DNA of 64,000 nt from Candidatus Latescibacterota bacterium (GCA_963667175.2 CAXXXF010000018.1:96001-160000); one strand, 5' to 3'. Shown: positions 1 through 11,500, counted from the stretch's first letter. Notes: a model not told the origin generated them from the letters alone. Translations and numbers: made by a program.

Positions 1-188
1 GTCAACCGCCAATGCAACTTCATCTCACTCGCCTGCCTCGAGCCGCCATGTCCGGAAATTCACAAAAATGACCCGTGCCGCATTGAAAGAGCGGGACACA
101 GGCCATCTGTGAAGAAAAATCCGGAATCCGGGATTTCAACTTGATCTGATGCACTGTCGCGAGATATCTTCGCCAGTTACAAACCGTT

Positions 189-458
189 TCATGCTATCTG
201 TAACGGAGCCAACTCTTCAGGATCAAGCAGGGGAACGTCCAGCGCCTTCAACACGTCGTTAATCCGGTCCGACGTCACTTCAGTCGGAGCGGTGATCTCC
301 AGTCCGATCGGACGTCCTTCCGCCTCGTAATCCAACAGCAGACCTTTCCCGATCGTTTCAGTCCTTACACTCTTGGCCATGGCCTTTCTGGGAAAATACA
401 GATACGCTGCCAACGGCCGTCCTTTCCGAAACGTAATTTCCAGATATCGATCTCTCAT
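189..458 (-). CDS. DUF2283-like small protein, putative antitoxin
   Basis: 89 aa with AAYLYF ... LLLDYEAEGRPIGLEI pattern typical of DUF2283; directly downstream of a DUF4258-like gene. Confidence 0.75.
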   Translation of the reverse strand: MRDRYLEITFRKGRPLAAYLYFPRKAMAKSVRTETIGKGLLLDYEAEGRPIGLEITAPTEVTSDRINDVLKALDVPLLDPEELAPLQIA

Positions 459-472
459 CGCCCCTTGCTTTC

Positions 473-730
473 TCAGGTTGGATAAGCGGTGACAATGACA
501 AGCATCTGTTCTTCAAAATCCGGCTCGACAATAACCTCCCAGTCATCCTGATGATACCGGCTTTCTACGACAAATCTGCCGTAATATTCGTCTGGTCTAT
601 AGCCTTCCGCACGGCTCAACATCTCTCTTAGTGCGATTTCCGTAAAATCCCTCTGCTCCATTCGTTTCTCGGCGTGCGGGGTGATTTCGAGTTCCCATAT
701 CCACCAATCCGGCCAATTCATCCTCGCCAT
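473..730 (-). CDS. DUF4258-like (BrnT/RelE-fold) putative toxin
   Basis: 85 aa; TPHAEKRMEQR N-terminal motif and C-terminal VIVTAY; paired with DUF2283-like gene. Confidence 0.75.
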   Translation of the reverse strand: MARMNWPDWWIWELEITPHAEKRMEQRDFTEIALREMLSRAEGYRPDEYYGRFVVESRYHQDDWEVIVEPDFEEQMLVIVTAYPT

Positions 731-865
731 CCGAACGGAGTCTGGATTGACTCGCTATAAATATAAAGAAAATTGATATTTCAAGACACTATTTTACGGC
801 CCGGCAGTCATCCGTCGCAAGAATGACGACAAATCACCTGAGCCGCCGGGAACACAGTGAGACCG

Positions 866-2338
866 TCAGATGCGCCTGCCACCGGCGAATCCACTGAATT
901 CGTCCAGGAACCATTCGGCCTGTTTTGTCATGAAGATACCGATCTCATCGCCCTTGAAGGCGAATGATATCAGGAGCCGTCCCAGGTAGACGTCCGTGAC
1001 GCAGACTTCCATGTTGAGCGTCTGCCCGTCGATCCACGCGGCGGAGGACAGGCAATCGTACTCGATACCGGGGACCTGGCCGATCCGTTCGCCGAAGTAG
1101 TTGCGTTGCGGGAACTTGCCGGGCAGCACGCGCCCGATGCCGAAACGCAGCACATTGTCGCCCTGACCGTTGGTGTACTCCCATGCGCCCTCATCATCAC
1201 CGAAGGACAGGCGCATGCGCGTGATCCCCATCGGGTTGTCTTCGAGGGCATACCATGCACCGTTGACATCCGAGGCCGGGGGAGCATCGGGATCCCCTGG
1301 AATCGGCAGGACTTCCAGGCGTTCGATTCTGCCGGCAAGTGCCGCACCGGCGTCGCGGTCTTCGGGAAGCGGCGCGTCTGAAAGGTGGCCGTAGAGTTCC
1401 TCGCGCATCACGGCGGGAATGGCGCTGCCCGCCGCCGCACCCTGCGTGTCGGCGATGCAAGTGAACAGGAAATCTTTTTCGGGAAAACAGATGGCATACT
1501 GACTGCCCATCCCGCGGAAGGAGAATCCGTTCTCTTCCTCGCGCCAGATCTGATATCCGTACCCGCTGTTTCCCCGGATCGTGTTGTCGATCTGACAGGC
1601 GGTCGCGGCGCGCACGTACGCATCCGGCAGCACCCTCTCGTCTCCCCATGCGCCGCCGTTCATGCAGGCGAGCGCCACTCTGGCAAGATCGCGGAGCGTA
1701 CAGACGACCCCCGATCCGCCCCACGACACCCCTTCGGGCGTTCGAATACACCATGCGTCGGCCGAGAATCCGATCCGGTCAAGAAACCGCGGCCGCATAT
1801 AGTCCAGAAAGGGCATCCCGGAAAGCCGTTCCACCGTGGCCGTAAGCACGACGGTCGCGGCGGTGTCGTACGCGAAAATCGTCCCGGGAGGATGCGAAGG
1901 GGCCCGGTTGAAGAAGGTCCACACCCAGTCCGGATCGTTGCGCGTATAGGAGTTTCTCGAATGAGGGGTCGCCATCATCAGGAGGTCCCTGACAGTGGAG
2001 GCGGCAAGCCACGGATGAAGGTCTTCCGGCAGCTTGTCCGGGAAGGTTTCGACGACCCGGCTGTCGAGGGTGAGCCTGCCCTCGTCGATCATCATCCCGA
2101 CTGCCAGTGCGACGAAGCTCTTGCTGACCGAATACATCCGGTGCTTGCGCCGGGCCGACCATGGAGCCCAGTATCCCTCCGCCGCGATCCTGTTGTGGCG
2201 CGCCAGCAGAAAACCGTGCATGCAGATGCGCTCGGAGTCGATCCGCTGCAGGAAATTCAGGATTGCCCGCGAGGGGATGCCCTGTCTCTCAGGTGACGCC
2301 GCTACTGTAAAAAAATCTTCAGATACCGATCGCGTCAT
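866..2338 (-). CDS. serine hydrolase, beta-lactamase class C-like family
   Basis: SxxK motif (YSVSKS), PGTIFAY, GYGYQIW, GMGSQY motifs. Confidence 0.85.
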   Translation of the reverse strand: MTRSVSEDFFTVAASPERQGIPSRAILNFLQRIDSERICMHGFLLARHNRIAAEGYWAPWSARRKHRMYSVSKSFVALAVGMMIDEGRLTLDSRVVETFPDKLPEDLHPWLAASTVRDLLMMATPHSRNSYTRNDPDWVWTFFNRAPSHPPGTIFAYDTAATVVLTATVERLSGMPFLDYMRPRFLDRIGFSADAWCIRTPEGVSWGGSGVVCTLRDLARVALACMNGGAWGDERVLPDAYVRAATACQIDNTIRGNSGYGYQIWREEENGFSFRGMGSQYAICFPEKDFLFTCIADTQGAAAGSAIPAVMREELYGHLSDAPLPEDRDAGAALAGRIERLEVLPIPGDPDAPPASDVNGAWYALEDNPMGITRMRLSFGDDEGAWEYTNGQGDNVLRFGIGRVLPGKFPQRNYFGERIGQVPGIEYDCLSSAAWIDGQTLNMEVCVTDVYLGRLLISFAFKGDEIGIFMTKQAEWFLDEFSGFAGGRRI

Positions 2339-3047
2339 CTCGCACGCGCCCTCCGTTAAAGCGGTAGCCGACGCCCCGGACGGTCTCGACCATTTCGCTC
2401 ACGCCGCCCAGTTTCTCTCTCAACCGTCGGACGTGGGTATCCACGGTCCGGCCGTAGCCGGCATAATCGTAACCCCACACCGTGTTCAACAGTTCCTCCC
2501 TGGACTGCACGCGCCCCCGTCGTTCCGCCAGCGTAACCAGCAGACTGAATTCGGTGGACGTCAATGCCAGTGCATCGCCGCCCACGGTTACCCGGTGGGC
2601 CGCCTGATCGATGGTGAGCGGCCCGAATCGCATCGTTTCCGGACCGGACGTTTGCGATGCCGGGTCCCGCGGTTCCGCCAGCCGCCTCAGGATGGCCTGG
2701 ACCCGAAGTGCGAGCTCGCGGGGCGAAAACGGTTTCACAACGTAGTCGTCCGCTCCCAGTTCCAGGCCGACGACGCGGTCCACCTCTTCGGCGCGCGCCG
2801 TCAGCATCAGAATCGGCAGTTTGCGGGTGGCCGCGTCCTGCTTCAGCAGCCTGCACACTTCCAGCCCGTCTATTCCGGGCAGCATCAGGTCCAGGACCAC
2901 CAGATCGGGAATCTCATTCCGAATGAGTTCGACGGCCGCTTCGCCGGTCTCGACGGCGACCACCGTAAAGCCCGCCTTCTCAAGGTTGTACGAGACGATC
3001 TCCCGAATATCAACTTCGTCTTCAACCAACAGAATTCTGCCTGCCAT
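2319..3047 (-). CDS. OmpR/PhoB-family response regulator
   Basis: REC domain (LVEDE, LDLMLP, GADDYVVKPF) and winged helix (RTVDTHVRRLREKL, ETVRGVGYRF). Confidence 0.95.
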   Translation of the reverse strand: MAGRILLVEDEVDIREIVSYNLEKAGFTVVAVETGEAAVELIRNEIPDLVVLDLMLPGIDGLEVCRLLKQDAATRKLPILMLTARAEEVDRVVGLELGADDYVVKPFSPRELALRVQAILRRLAEPRDPASQTSGPETMRFGPLTIDQAAHRVTVGGDALALTSTEFSLLVTLAERRGRVQSREELLNTVWGYDYAGYGRTVDTHVRRLREKLGGVSEMVETVRGVGYRFNGGRVRDDAIGI

Positions 3048-3333
3048 GGATGTCCTCGCATCAACAACAGACCCGTCGCGCTGTCAGGGTTCGAGACGTC
3101 ATCTCCTCTCCGAAACGTAATATACAAAAAGGAACGAAATGGGCAATGCCCCTGGCCCGGTATTGGACGTCCGAACAAAAAGAACCAGATTGTCCATCAC
3201 CCGGGAGATCGACGAGACCGGAGGACAATCCGAATCATCCGGAGAACGCACGAAGTCTTGGGTTCCGTCCCGGAAATCAGTTGCCTGACGGCGAGGTGTT
3301 TTCAGGACGGAACGACGTTCCGCGCAAAGTACA

Positions 3334-5304
3334 CTATGCGGGAGAAAAGGAGATATCGCCCAGCCAGGGGTCGCAGCGGCCCAGCCTCACGGCCAGGGTG
3401 TCTCCGGGCGCCGCCTTCGGGGGCGGCCTGATATCCGTCTGGAACGCGAAGTCCAGTATCTCGACGTTCATCGTCCGATCGCGCGTTTCCAGCGCAACCG
3501 CCTCGAAGACGTCGCCGATACGACCCTGAAGGTACCGAAACAGCCAGTAACGCTCCCGCCGCCGCTCGATGCGGATCAGGGCGCGCATCCGTTCCTCGGC
3601 TTCGAAGACCACGCGCTGGATGTGCACCTCGTCGTACGGCAACGGCCGATCCATCAGAAGAGCCGCCACCTGCCTTTGAACCGCCAGGTCCGTATACCGC
3701 CTCAACGGCGATGAGGCCTGGCAGTACGGCTCCACGCCCAGGCCGCCGTGCAACGCCGGTGTCACGCTCATCGACGCGCGCCGCATTCGGCGCAACACCC
3801 GGTACCGGCGCAACACTTCATTCTCCACGTCGCTGAATTCCGCGAGATCCGGCGCGGTCTGGATCCGGTACACCACCGGTATGCCCCGGTCCCGGCAGAA
3901 CCGCGCCATCGCAACGTTTGACATCACCATCATCTCGCTCACGAGGAGGTTCGCCGGAGACCTGCCGTCCTGCATCGACACCTCGATCTTCCCCCCCGCC
4001 GTTATCCCGATGCGCCGGTTCGGATGTTCCACGTCGATCGCGCCGTTCTGCAGCCTTTCGATGCAGTGCCACTCCGCTACGGTGTGCAATGCCGAAAACT
4101 CGCTGTGCAGGGAATGGGAGGGATCCTCCAGAATCCGGTCCACGGCTTCATAGGTGAGTTTGTCGCGGCACCGTATCACCGAAGGAACGATATGAACGCT
4201 TTCCACCGTTCCATCCGCCGAAACTTCGAACAACTGACTCAGCGCCAGCCGCGGAACACCCGGTCGAAGACTCCCCAGATCGCTGGAGATCCTCTCCGGA
4301 AACATCGGAATCTTCCGGTCAGGAAGGTAAAGGCTGGAAACCCTTGCCGCGGCCTCCCGGTCGGGTTCCGAATCCAGGGGAACCAGACTCGCCACGTCGG
4401 TGATGTGCACGCCAACCTGCAGGGACCCGTCGGCTCGGATCAGGACCGATACGCCGTCGTCCATATCGGTGGTTGCGGCGTCGTCGACAGCGTAGACCGC
4501 CAGTTCCGTCAGGTCCCGTCGACGACCGTCGTCCGGCAACGGAGCTTGTCCCAATGCATCGGCCGCCTGGCTGACAACCGACGGGAACTCGACCGGGACG
4601 TCGGCCCGGATCAGGTCCAGGTGTTCATCCGGAGCCCATACGCCATCTCGCACAAGCCGGTCGAAGACGAGGCGCGCGTCCACCCTGGCGTCCGCCATGC
4701 GTTCCAACCACCCGGCGTGAATACTCCTCTCGCCGCGCAACACGGTATCCTTCAGCCGATCGACCCATCCGCCGACGAGTTCCGGAGGTCCTTCACGACA
4801 CTCGGCGAACCACTGCTGGAATTGCGCCTTCACTTCGGCCCGCTCGGCCTCGCGTCTTGCCGCGGCCCGTCGGGCCTGAACCGCATCCTCGCTCAGCGCG
4901 CGGTACCCGCCGCCGCGCCTTTCCGCTTCGAAATACACGTTCGTTTCCAGATGGACCAGCATCGCGGCGCGTTGTTCCGGCGTCACGTCCCTTCCGAAAT
5001 AGAGATCCGCCAAGCCGTCCACCGTCCAGACGTCCGCGTCTTCGCGCGCCAGTTCCCACGCGTCCCAGAGGTCTATCCCCTCGCTTTCCGCCTGCGCGCG
5101 CGACATCCACGCGGCCGCGCCGGTCCAGTCCGAGGCCGTTTCACCGGTGCAGAGCAACACGTTCCCGGCGGGCGTATTCACCGTTTCCCTGCGGCCCGTC
5201 GCAAAGCGCGCCTTTCCGCCTTGCGAAGTCAGGCACACGCCCGCCATCAACCGGTTGCGGTACCGGAAGAACGCAATCTCGTTTTCCATTATCGCCATAG
5301 CCAA
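3334..5304 (-). CDS. RNB-domain exoribonuclease (RNase II family)
   Basis: DDAATTDMDD catalytic motif, VHITDV, SLYLPD, SSPLRRYTDL. Confidence 0.9.
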   Translation of the reverse strand: MAMAIMENEIAFFRYRNRLMAGVCLTSQGGKARFATGRRETVNTPAGNVLLCTGETASDWTGAAAWMSRAQAESEGIDLWDAWELAREDADVWTVDGLADLYFGRDVTPEQRAAMLVHLETNVYFEAERRGGGYRALSEDAVQARRAAARREAERAEVKAQFQQWFAECREGPPELVGGWVDRLKDTVLRGERSIHAGWLERMADARVDARLVFDRLVRDGVWAPDEHLDLIRADVPVEFPSVVSQAADALGQAPLPDDGRRRDLTELAVYAVDDAATTDMDDGVSVLIRADGSLQVGVHITDVASLVPLDSEPDREAAARVSSLYLPDRKIPMFPERISSDLGSLRPGVPRLALSQLFEVSADGTVESVHIVPSVIRCRDKLTYEAVDRILEDPSHSLHSEFSALHTVAEWHCIERLQNGAIDVEHPNRRIGITAGGKIEVSMQDGRSPANLLVSEMMVMSNVAMARFCRDRGIPVVYRIQTAPDLAEFSDVENEVLRRYRVLRRMRRASMSVTPALHGGLGVEPYCQASSPLRRYTDLAVQRQVAALLMDRPLPYDEVHIQRVVFEAEERMRALIRIERRRERYWLFRYLQGRIGDVFEAVALETRDRTMNVEILDFAFQTDIRPPPKAAPGDTLAVRLGRCDPWLGDISFSPA

Positions 5305-5343
5305 TGTAAGCGCCGGGTACGCCCCGTCGATCCGGTTTCCGGT

Positions 5344-5727
5344 TTATTGCCGCGGCTTTCTTGCGACCACGTCGATTTCCACCAGGACGTCCGGCAGCAC
5401 CGACTGCACCGTTGTCCTGGCCGGCCGGACGCCCGTGAAGAACCTCGAGTACACCCGGTTGAATGCCGCGAAATCGCCGATATCCGCAAGATGGCAGGTC
5501 GATTTGACCACGTCGTCCATCGTACAGCCCGCTTCCTGCAAGACCTTGCGGATGTGCTCCAGCGTAACGCGGGTCTGTGTCTCTATATCGTCGCCGATCA
5601 CCTCGCCGGTGGCCATATCCAGCGACGCATGCCCGCTCACGTAAACCCATCCGTCCATTTCGACCGCCGCCGAATACGCCCCCGTATCCACCTGTTTGTC
5701 GGGGTGTTTGATCTCTCGCTTGCCCAT
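5344..5727 (-). CDS. RidA/YjgF family enamine-imine deaminase
   Basis: YS..V, VYVSG, FNRVYSRFF, RPARTTV, VEIDVVA; GGGAGG RBS before ATG at 5727. Confidence 0.9.
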   Translation of the reverse strand: MGKREIKHPDKQVDTGAYSAAVEMDGWVYVSGHASLDMATGEVIGDDIETQTRVTLEHIRKVLQEAGCTMDDVVKSTCHLADIGDFAAFNRVYSRFFTGVRPARTTVQSVLPDVLVEIDVVARKPRQ

Positions 5728-5961
5728 CGTGTGTCCTCCCATGGATCGAGCCGTCCCGTATCGTTTGTCGCGTCAATATAGCGAATTCCGCGGAACCGAT
5801 CCAGCCGGTTCTGTTCATTGGGCCAATGCCCCGATGCGCCTTGCGTTTCGCCGTCCGGACATTTATCTTTTCCGCAATCTTCCGCCGTCCGGACGCCAGG
5901 AGCGCCGCGTTGTACGACTGGCTCACGGATACCCGAACACGGTAAAGTCACGGACGCCTGA

Positions 5962-7272
5962 ATGAAGATCGCCCACGTTTCCGACTTCCATCTCCGCCAT
6001 CATCTGCCCGGCACCTCGACCATATCCAGACGTCTGAGCCGGCATATGCCGGACCTGATATCGCAGGCGGTGGAACGCATCCGCGCGGAATCGCCCGATC
6101 TCGCGGTTGTAACCGGCGACCTTGTCGACCACCCCTTTTACGGGATGCGCGATTGCCAACTGGTCGCCCTTGGGGAGAAGGACCTTTGTCTCGTCCGGGA
6201 ATGTTTCGCGCCGCTGACGTGTCCGGTGGCCTTTCTGTACGGCAACCACGACCATCCCGAATCCTTTCACCGGGTCTACGGCGACCTGCCCGCGGAGTTT
6301 GAGGTTGCCGGCCACCGCGTCCTGATCTTCTTCGACGACGAAGTGGACGACCACTTCCCCCAGCGGATGGGTGCGCAGCGCGAACGGTTTCTCGCCGCGC
6401 TGAACGACGACGACCCGCGGACTCAGATCCATCTCCAGCACTATCTCGTCGCGCCCGTCCGTGCGCGCGGCTATCCTCACGCGTACCGGGAGGCCGAAAG
6501 CCTCAGGGCCGCCCTTGTGGCGGACAGCAGGGTCCGCCTGGTGCTTTGCGGGCATTATCACAAGGGGGACCGTCTGTTCAACGAAGGCCACGTGTACTTC
6601 GGCAATGCGCCCGCGTTCGGGGAGCCCCCACATCCGTTTCGCGTCTACAATTTGGATGACACGGGCGTCACGCAGACTGAGTTCCATCTCCGCCCGACAA
6701 AGGCGCCAAAGCGGCGCGCGGTGTTCCTCGACCGGGACGGCACGATCAACCCGCAACCGGCCTATCGTACCGGTCCCGAGGAGTTCAGCCTGCTGTCCGG
6801 CGCCGCGGAAGCCCTGTCGAAATTGAAGCGCGCCGGTTATGTTCTCGTGGTTGTCTCGAATCAGACCGCCGTCGGCCAGGGTTACGTGACCACCGAGACG
6901 GTCGGCGCCGTCAATGATCGCATGGCATCGCTGCTCCGGGTTTTGGGCGTGGAACTGGATGGCGTCTACTGCCGTTATCACAGCCCGGGCGCGGTGCTGC
7001 CGGAACATCGGACCGATCAGCCGGAAACCAAGCCCAGCCCCGCGATGCTCGATGCCGCGGCAGAAGACCTGAATCTCGACCTTTCTGCTTCTTTCATGGT
7101 GGGCGACCGGAAAAGCGACGTGGAGGCCGGGCGAAACGCCAGCTGCCGCGCGTCCATCCTGGTGAAGACCGGTGGCGGTCCGGAGGCGCTGGCGAAGATG
7201 CCGCCCGGTCACGCGGATTTCGTTGCCGAGGACCTCGGCAACGCCGCGGACTGGATTCTGGAGCAGAGATGA
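5962..7272 (+). CDS. calcineurin-like metallophosphoesterase fused to GmhB-like HAD-IIIA phosphatase
   Basis: SDFH, TGDL, GNHD, GHYH motifs, then FLDRDGT, VSNQ, KPSPAM, MVGDRKSD. Confidence 0.85.
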   Translation: MKIAHVSDFHLRHHLPGTSTISRRLSRHMPDLISQAVERIRAESPDLAVVTGDLVDHPFYGMRDCQLVALGEKDLCLVRECFAPLTCPVAFLYGNHDHPESFHRVYGDLPAEFEVAGHRVLIFFDDEVDDHFPQRMGAQRERFLAALNDDDPRTQIHLQHYLVAPVRARGYPHAYREAESLRAALVADSRVRLVLCGHYHKGDRLFNEGHVYFGNAPAFGEPPHPFRVYNLDDTGVTQTEFHLRPTKAPKRRAVFLDRDGTINPQPAYRTGPEEFSLLSGAAEALSKLKRAGYVLVVVSNQTAVGQGYVTTETVGAVNDRMASLLRVLGVELDGVYCRYHSPGAVLPEHRTDQPETKPSPAMLDAAAEDLNLDLSASFMVGDRKSDVEAGRNASCRASILVKTGGGPEALAKMPPGHADFVAEDLGNAADWILEQR

Positions 7273-7895
7273 TGGCAGGTATCCGCGTCCGATCCATATT
7301 TTGGGTTCTGATCCCGGCGGCCGCGGTGGCCGGGATCATCGCCGTCGTCCTCACCAGGTATGCGCGGGAACTGGACCGCCTCATCGGCGACGGGCCGGAG
7401 GGCGCTGCGGCTGCCGGTCTCCCGCCCATCCTGCACAGGGTCGCGGACTCGCTGTCCGCGACTGACCTGGCGGGTCTTCTCGCCCGACAATTCGTTCCGC
7501 CGGACCGTTCGGATCTTTCAAGTGGATTCAAACGGACCGGTTACGCCCTTCTGATGGCCCGGAAATACGAAAAAGAAAGCCTCCTGGCTTTCTTTTTCGA
7601 CCGGACTCCCTTCCCTTTTCCTCGAAAGACCCCCGTGCCGGGCTTCGAGGGCGCCGCCCGGGCTTACTTCGGCGTACCTCCGGCCCGGATGACCGCGGGC
7701 GAAGCCGTCCTGTTGTTCCATCTTGCCCGTTTTCCCGATGCGCCGGCGCCGGTGACCGACCCGGAACGCGCCATCGAACTCCGAAACCGCCTGCTGCGGG
7801 ATCTCATGAATGACGGTACGATTAGCGCGGCACAATACCGGTCCGAATCCGGCCGGCCGCTCATCCTTTCCGGAAGCCATCCGGCCGTGTGGTGA
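7269..7895 (+). CDS. membrane-anchored protein with degenerate peptidoglycan transglycosylase (GT51)-like C-terminal half
   Basis: N-terminal TM helix; GAARAYFG..PARMTAGEAVLL and A..LRNRLL..LMNDGTIS resemble late GT51 motifs. Confidence 0.55.
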   Translation: MMAGIRVRSIFWVLIPAAAVAGIIAVVLTRYARELDRLIGDGPEGAAAAGLPPILHRVADSLSATDLAGLLARQFVPPDRSDLSSGFKRTGYALLMARKYEKESLLAFFFDRTPFPFPRKTPVPGFEGAARAYFGVPPARMTAGEAVLLFHLARFPDAPAPVTDPERAIELRNRLLRDLMNDGTISAAQYRSESGRPLILSGSHPAVW

Positions 7896-8122
7896 CGGGC
7901 CGGATGGGTAAAGAATCAGGCCACAATCGCGGTCCGTCCGACGGGTGGCGCGGACGAAAAATCCGGGCCTCTATCCGAGACTCGGCCTGTCGGGAGGGAG
8001 ATGCAGGCAGAGCGCGTGACAGAGGCCCGCGTCCTGAATCACGATAATATATATCCGATTTTACACGCCGAGTCAATACCCTCTCCTCACTTTTTCGCGA
8101 CTGATTGCGGGGATCGGAAACC

Positions 8123-8139
8123 ACACACACAAGTGTGTG
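8123..8139. promoter_or_regulatory. palindromic site CACACAC-AA-GTGTGTG, copy 1
   Basis: 17-mer ACACACACAAGTGTGTG, identical copy at 13766-13782; intergenic. Confidence 0.4.
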
Positions 8140-8556
8140 GACCCTTGAGCCGGATGTAGTCCGCGGATTGGTCCAATTGCTCCAATCCGGAGCCATCTTC
8201 GCTGCAGTGTGCGGCCCACCTGGATTTCGCGGCGGCCGAACTACATTTCGCGCCCGCAGGGAGCGCGGGAACCTGTCACGTCTCCCGGCGGCTGGGCATG
8301 ACGACGCACCCTCCGCACGACGGGTTCAACAGATGGTTTCGCGACTGCCGGCTGTTTTCGAAATTGGCTGTGATCTTTGTTAAGGATTATCACGAAAAAC
8401 TCACAATATTGATGGAACTTCCCGTATATTATCGCTACGTTGAGGATTTTTGATTGATCCGGAACCCACTAAACACCGGGATCACGTATCGAGATTCCCG
8501 CCGGGGCTGATGGAATGGCGTGTAACCCAAAAGTGACAACAGTAACGGGGTACGGC

Positions 8557-11500
8557 ATGCGCAATACATTCATCAAATGGAAAATGTCGTTGCCATTTCT
8601 GGCGCTCCTCGCGATGCTTTGCGGACACCCGGCGTCCGTCGCCGGTCAGGAAGCGATTGAGGAAGCAGACTACCAGACATGGCATCTACCCAACGGCGCG
8701 ACCGCGCGTCTGGGAAAAGGAACGATTGGTTTCGGGGACCGCGAACTGGACGTTTCTACCGACGGGCGAACGCTCGCCATAGGGAGCCGCGTCGGCGTCT
8801 GGCTGTACGATGGGACCAGGGCCCGCACGCTGGCGCTGTTGCCGAGCCCGGACCGAATCGCTTCGGTGTCGTTTTCGCCGGACGGGAGCACATTGGCCAC
8901 CGTATCCGAGGCCGGTACGCTATTGCTCTGGGACGTGGCCACCCGATCGGAGAACGCGACCCTGGAAGGGCATTCGGGCAAAGTCAATGCGGCGTTATTT
9001 TCTCCCGCAGGGAACACGCTGGCCACCACAACGGAAGAAGGCGCGGTAATCTTGTGGGACGCGGCTTCCAGAACACAGGCGGCCACACTCAACGGACACG
9101 CGGGCAACGTCACTTCGATCGCGTTTTCGCCTGACGGAGGCACGCTTGCCACCGCGTCGGAGGATGGCCTGGTGCTGTTGTGGGACGTGAACGCGCAAAC
9201 CCGGCTCGACACACCCGAAGGGATTGCGGACGCTGTGACGTCGCTGTCGTTTTCCCGCGACGGCGGTACACTGGCCACCGCGTCGGGCGATAGCTCGGTG
9301 GTGCTATGGGACGTCGCCCTTGCGGAGGCAGATACCCTCATGGGTGATGCTGCCGACGTCACGTTGGTGGCATTTTCGCCGAAAGCGGACACTCTGACCA
9401 CTGCATCGGCGGATGGCACGGTGTTGCTGTGGAACGTCGCAGAACGACGCGTGGTCGATACGTTCGAAGGACATACGGGTAGCGTCACATCGTTGGTATT
9501 TTCGAAGGACGGCGGCACGCTCGCCACCGGGTCGGCGGATGGCACGGTGCGGTTCTGGGACGTGGAGACAGGCTACTTCGTCGCATTTGGCGGACACAGA
9601 CCCGCGGTCACGTCGATAGGACTCTCTCCCGATAGCGACACGTTGGCCGCCGGTTCGGCGGGGGGAGCGGTACACCTGTGGGACGTGGGCGAGCGAATGC
9701 AGTTCGATATCCTCAAGAGGCATCGCGAAAGCGTCACGTCGGTGGTGTATGCCCCGGATGGCGACACGCTGGCAACCGCGTCGCAGGACAGTACGGTCGT
9801 TCTGTGGGACGTGGCCAGCCGGATGGCGGCCTCCACTTTCGAAGGGCATGGGGATGGCGTTCGTTCGGCAGCGTACTCGCCCGATGGGACCATGCTGGCT
9901 ACCGTGTCGGATGACGGCGCCGTATTGCTGTGGGAGGGCGCCACGCGACGCGTGGCCGCCACCCTCGGCGGGAGTGCGGATGGCTTTGGGTCGGTGGTGT
10001 TTTCGCCCGAAGGCGACGCGCTGGCCACGGGGTCGGCAAACGGCTCGGTCGTTCTGTGGGACGTGGCCTCGCGATCACGTATCGCCGCACTCGAAGGGCA
10101 CAGAGGGAGTGTCAATACCGTCGTGTTTTCGCCGGACGGGAGCACGGTGGTCACCGGTTCGAGCGACAAAACGATCAAAGTGTGGGACGTGGCCACGCGA
10201 TCGCAGTTGGCCACCCTGCAAGGTCATACGGGCGGGGTTGGAGCCCTCGATTTTTCATTGGACGGCAGCAGGCTGGTTTCCGGGTCGAACGACAACTCAA
10301 TCAAGCTCTGGAACGTGAGCGCGCGAACCGAGGTCGCGACGCTGGTCGGGCACACCGCCAACGTCAATTCGGTTGTTTTTTCGTCGGACAGGGTCACGTT
10401 GGTTTCCGGGTCGGAAGACGGTACCATGCTGTTGTGGGACCTGTCGGCGTGGCTGGGCCTCCGTCCCCTCTCCCTGGAGACCATCTCCGGCGACGGACAG
10501 GAGGGCGCGCCGGGCGGAACGCTTGCCAAGCCGCTTGTCGTGGAAGTGAAAGACCACAATGGCGATCCCGTGCCCGGCGTCGCCGTGACGTTTACGGTCT
10601 CAGCCGGACAGGGGCGGCTCGGCGACCGTTTCACGGTCCAGCAGACCCGGACGGATGCGGACGGCCGCGCATCCGTCGTACTGACGCTGGGGAACCGGGT
10701 GGGCACAAACACCGTCGAGGTAACGCTCGGCGGTCGTGAACTGGCAACCTTTTCCGCGGACGGAGTGGGGACCTCCCCCGTGGTGATGGACGGCGACCCC
10801 CGCAGGTGGCGTCTGCCCGAAAGGGCGACGGCGCGCCTGGGCAGAGGAGCGATTGGAAGGGGCGACCGCGCGCTGGCCCTGTCGAGGGACGCAAAGACAC
10901 TGGCCGTGGCAAGCGGCGTGGGGGTGTGGCTGTATGACGTGGGCAGGTCCCGGGACGCCGCACTTCTTTCAGGTCCCGAGCGTGTGCATGCGGTGGCGTT
11001 TTCAAGGTCCGGCGCCCTCGCGGCGGGCCTGGCCAACGGCGGTGTCGAACTCTGGAATCCCGCCATGGGCGCCCGCATTGCGACGCTCGAAGGAAGTGCG
11101 GCGTCGATCGTATCCGTGGCATTTTCGGATGACGGCGCCACGATCGCCGCCGGCGCGGAAGATGGCACGGTCAGGCTGTGGGACGTAGACGGGCAAACCG
11201 GGGTCGCCACCGTCCGGGCGCACTCGGGGAGTGTGACTTCCGTGGCATTCTCGTCCGACGGGGCCACCCTGGCCACCGGCTCGGCGTACGGCGCGGTCAA
11301 ACTGTGGGACGTCGGCGCCCGAACCGAGGCCGCCGCGCTGGAAGGCCACGCGGACGGAGTCCATTCGGTCGCATTTTCGGCAGACGGAAGCACCCTGGCG
11401 GCCGGGCTGGCGGCCGGTACGGTCAAACTGTGGAACACCGTCGCACGGACCGAGGCCGGCACGCTGCGAGGCCACGCGGACGGGGTCCGTTCGGTGGCGT

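Noticed and set aside
1-23. Possible minus-strand gene start MKLHWRL
   Set aside because: Only seven codons lie inside the window, too few to support a call
4024-5781. 585-aa plus-strand ORF and similar long antisense ORFs (20807-22048, 23753-25522, 26931-28685, 30436-32346)
   Set aside because: Shadow frames opposite well-supported genes in high-GC DNA, with no motifs
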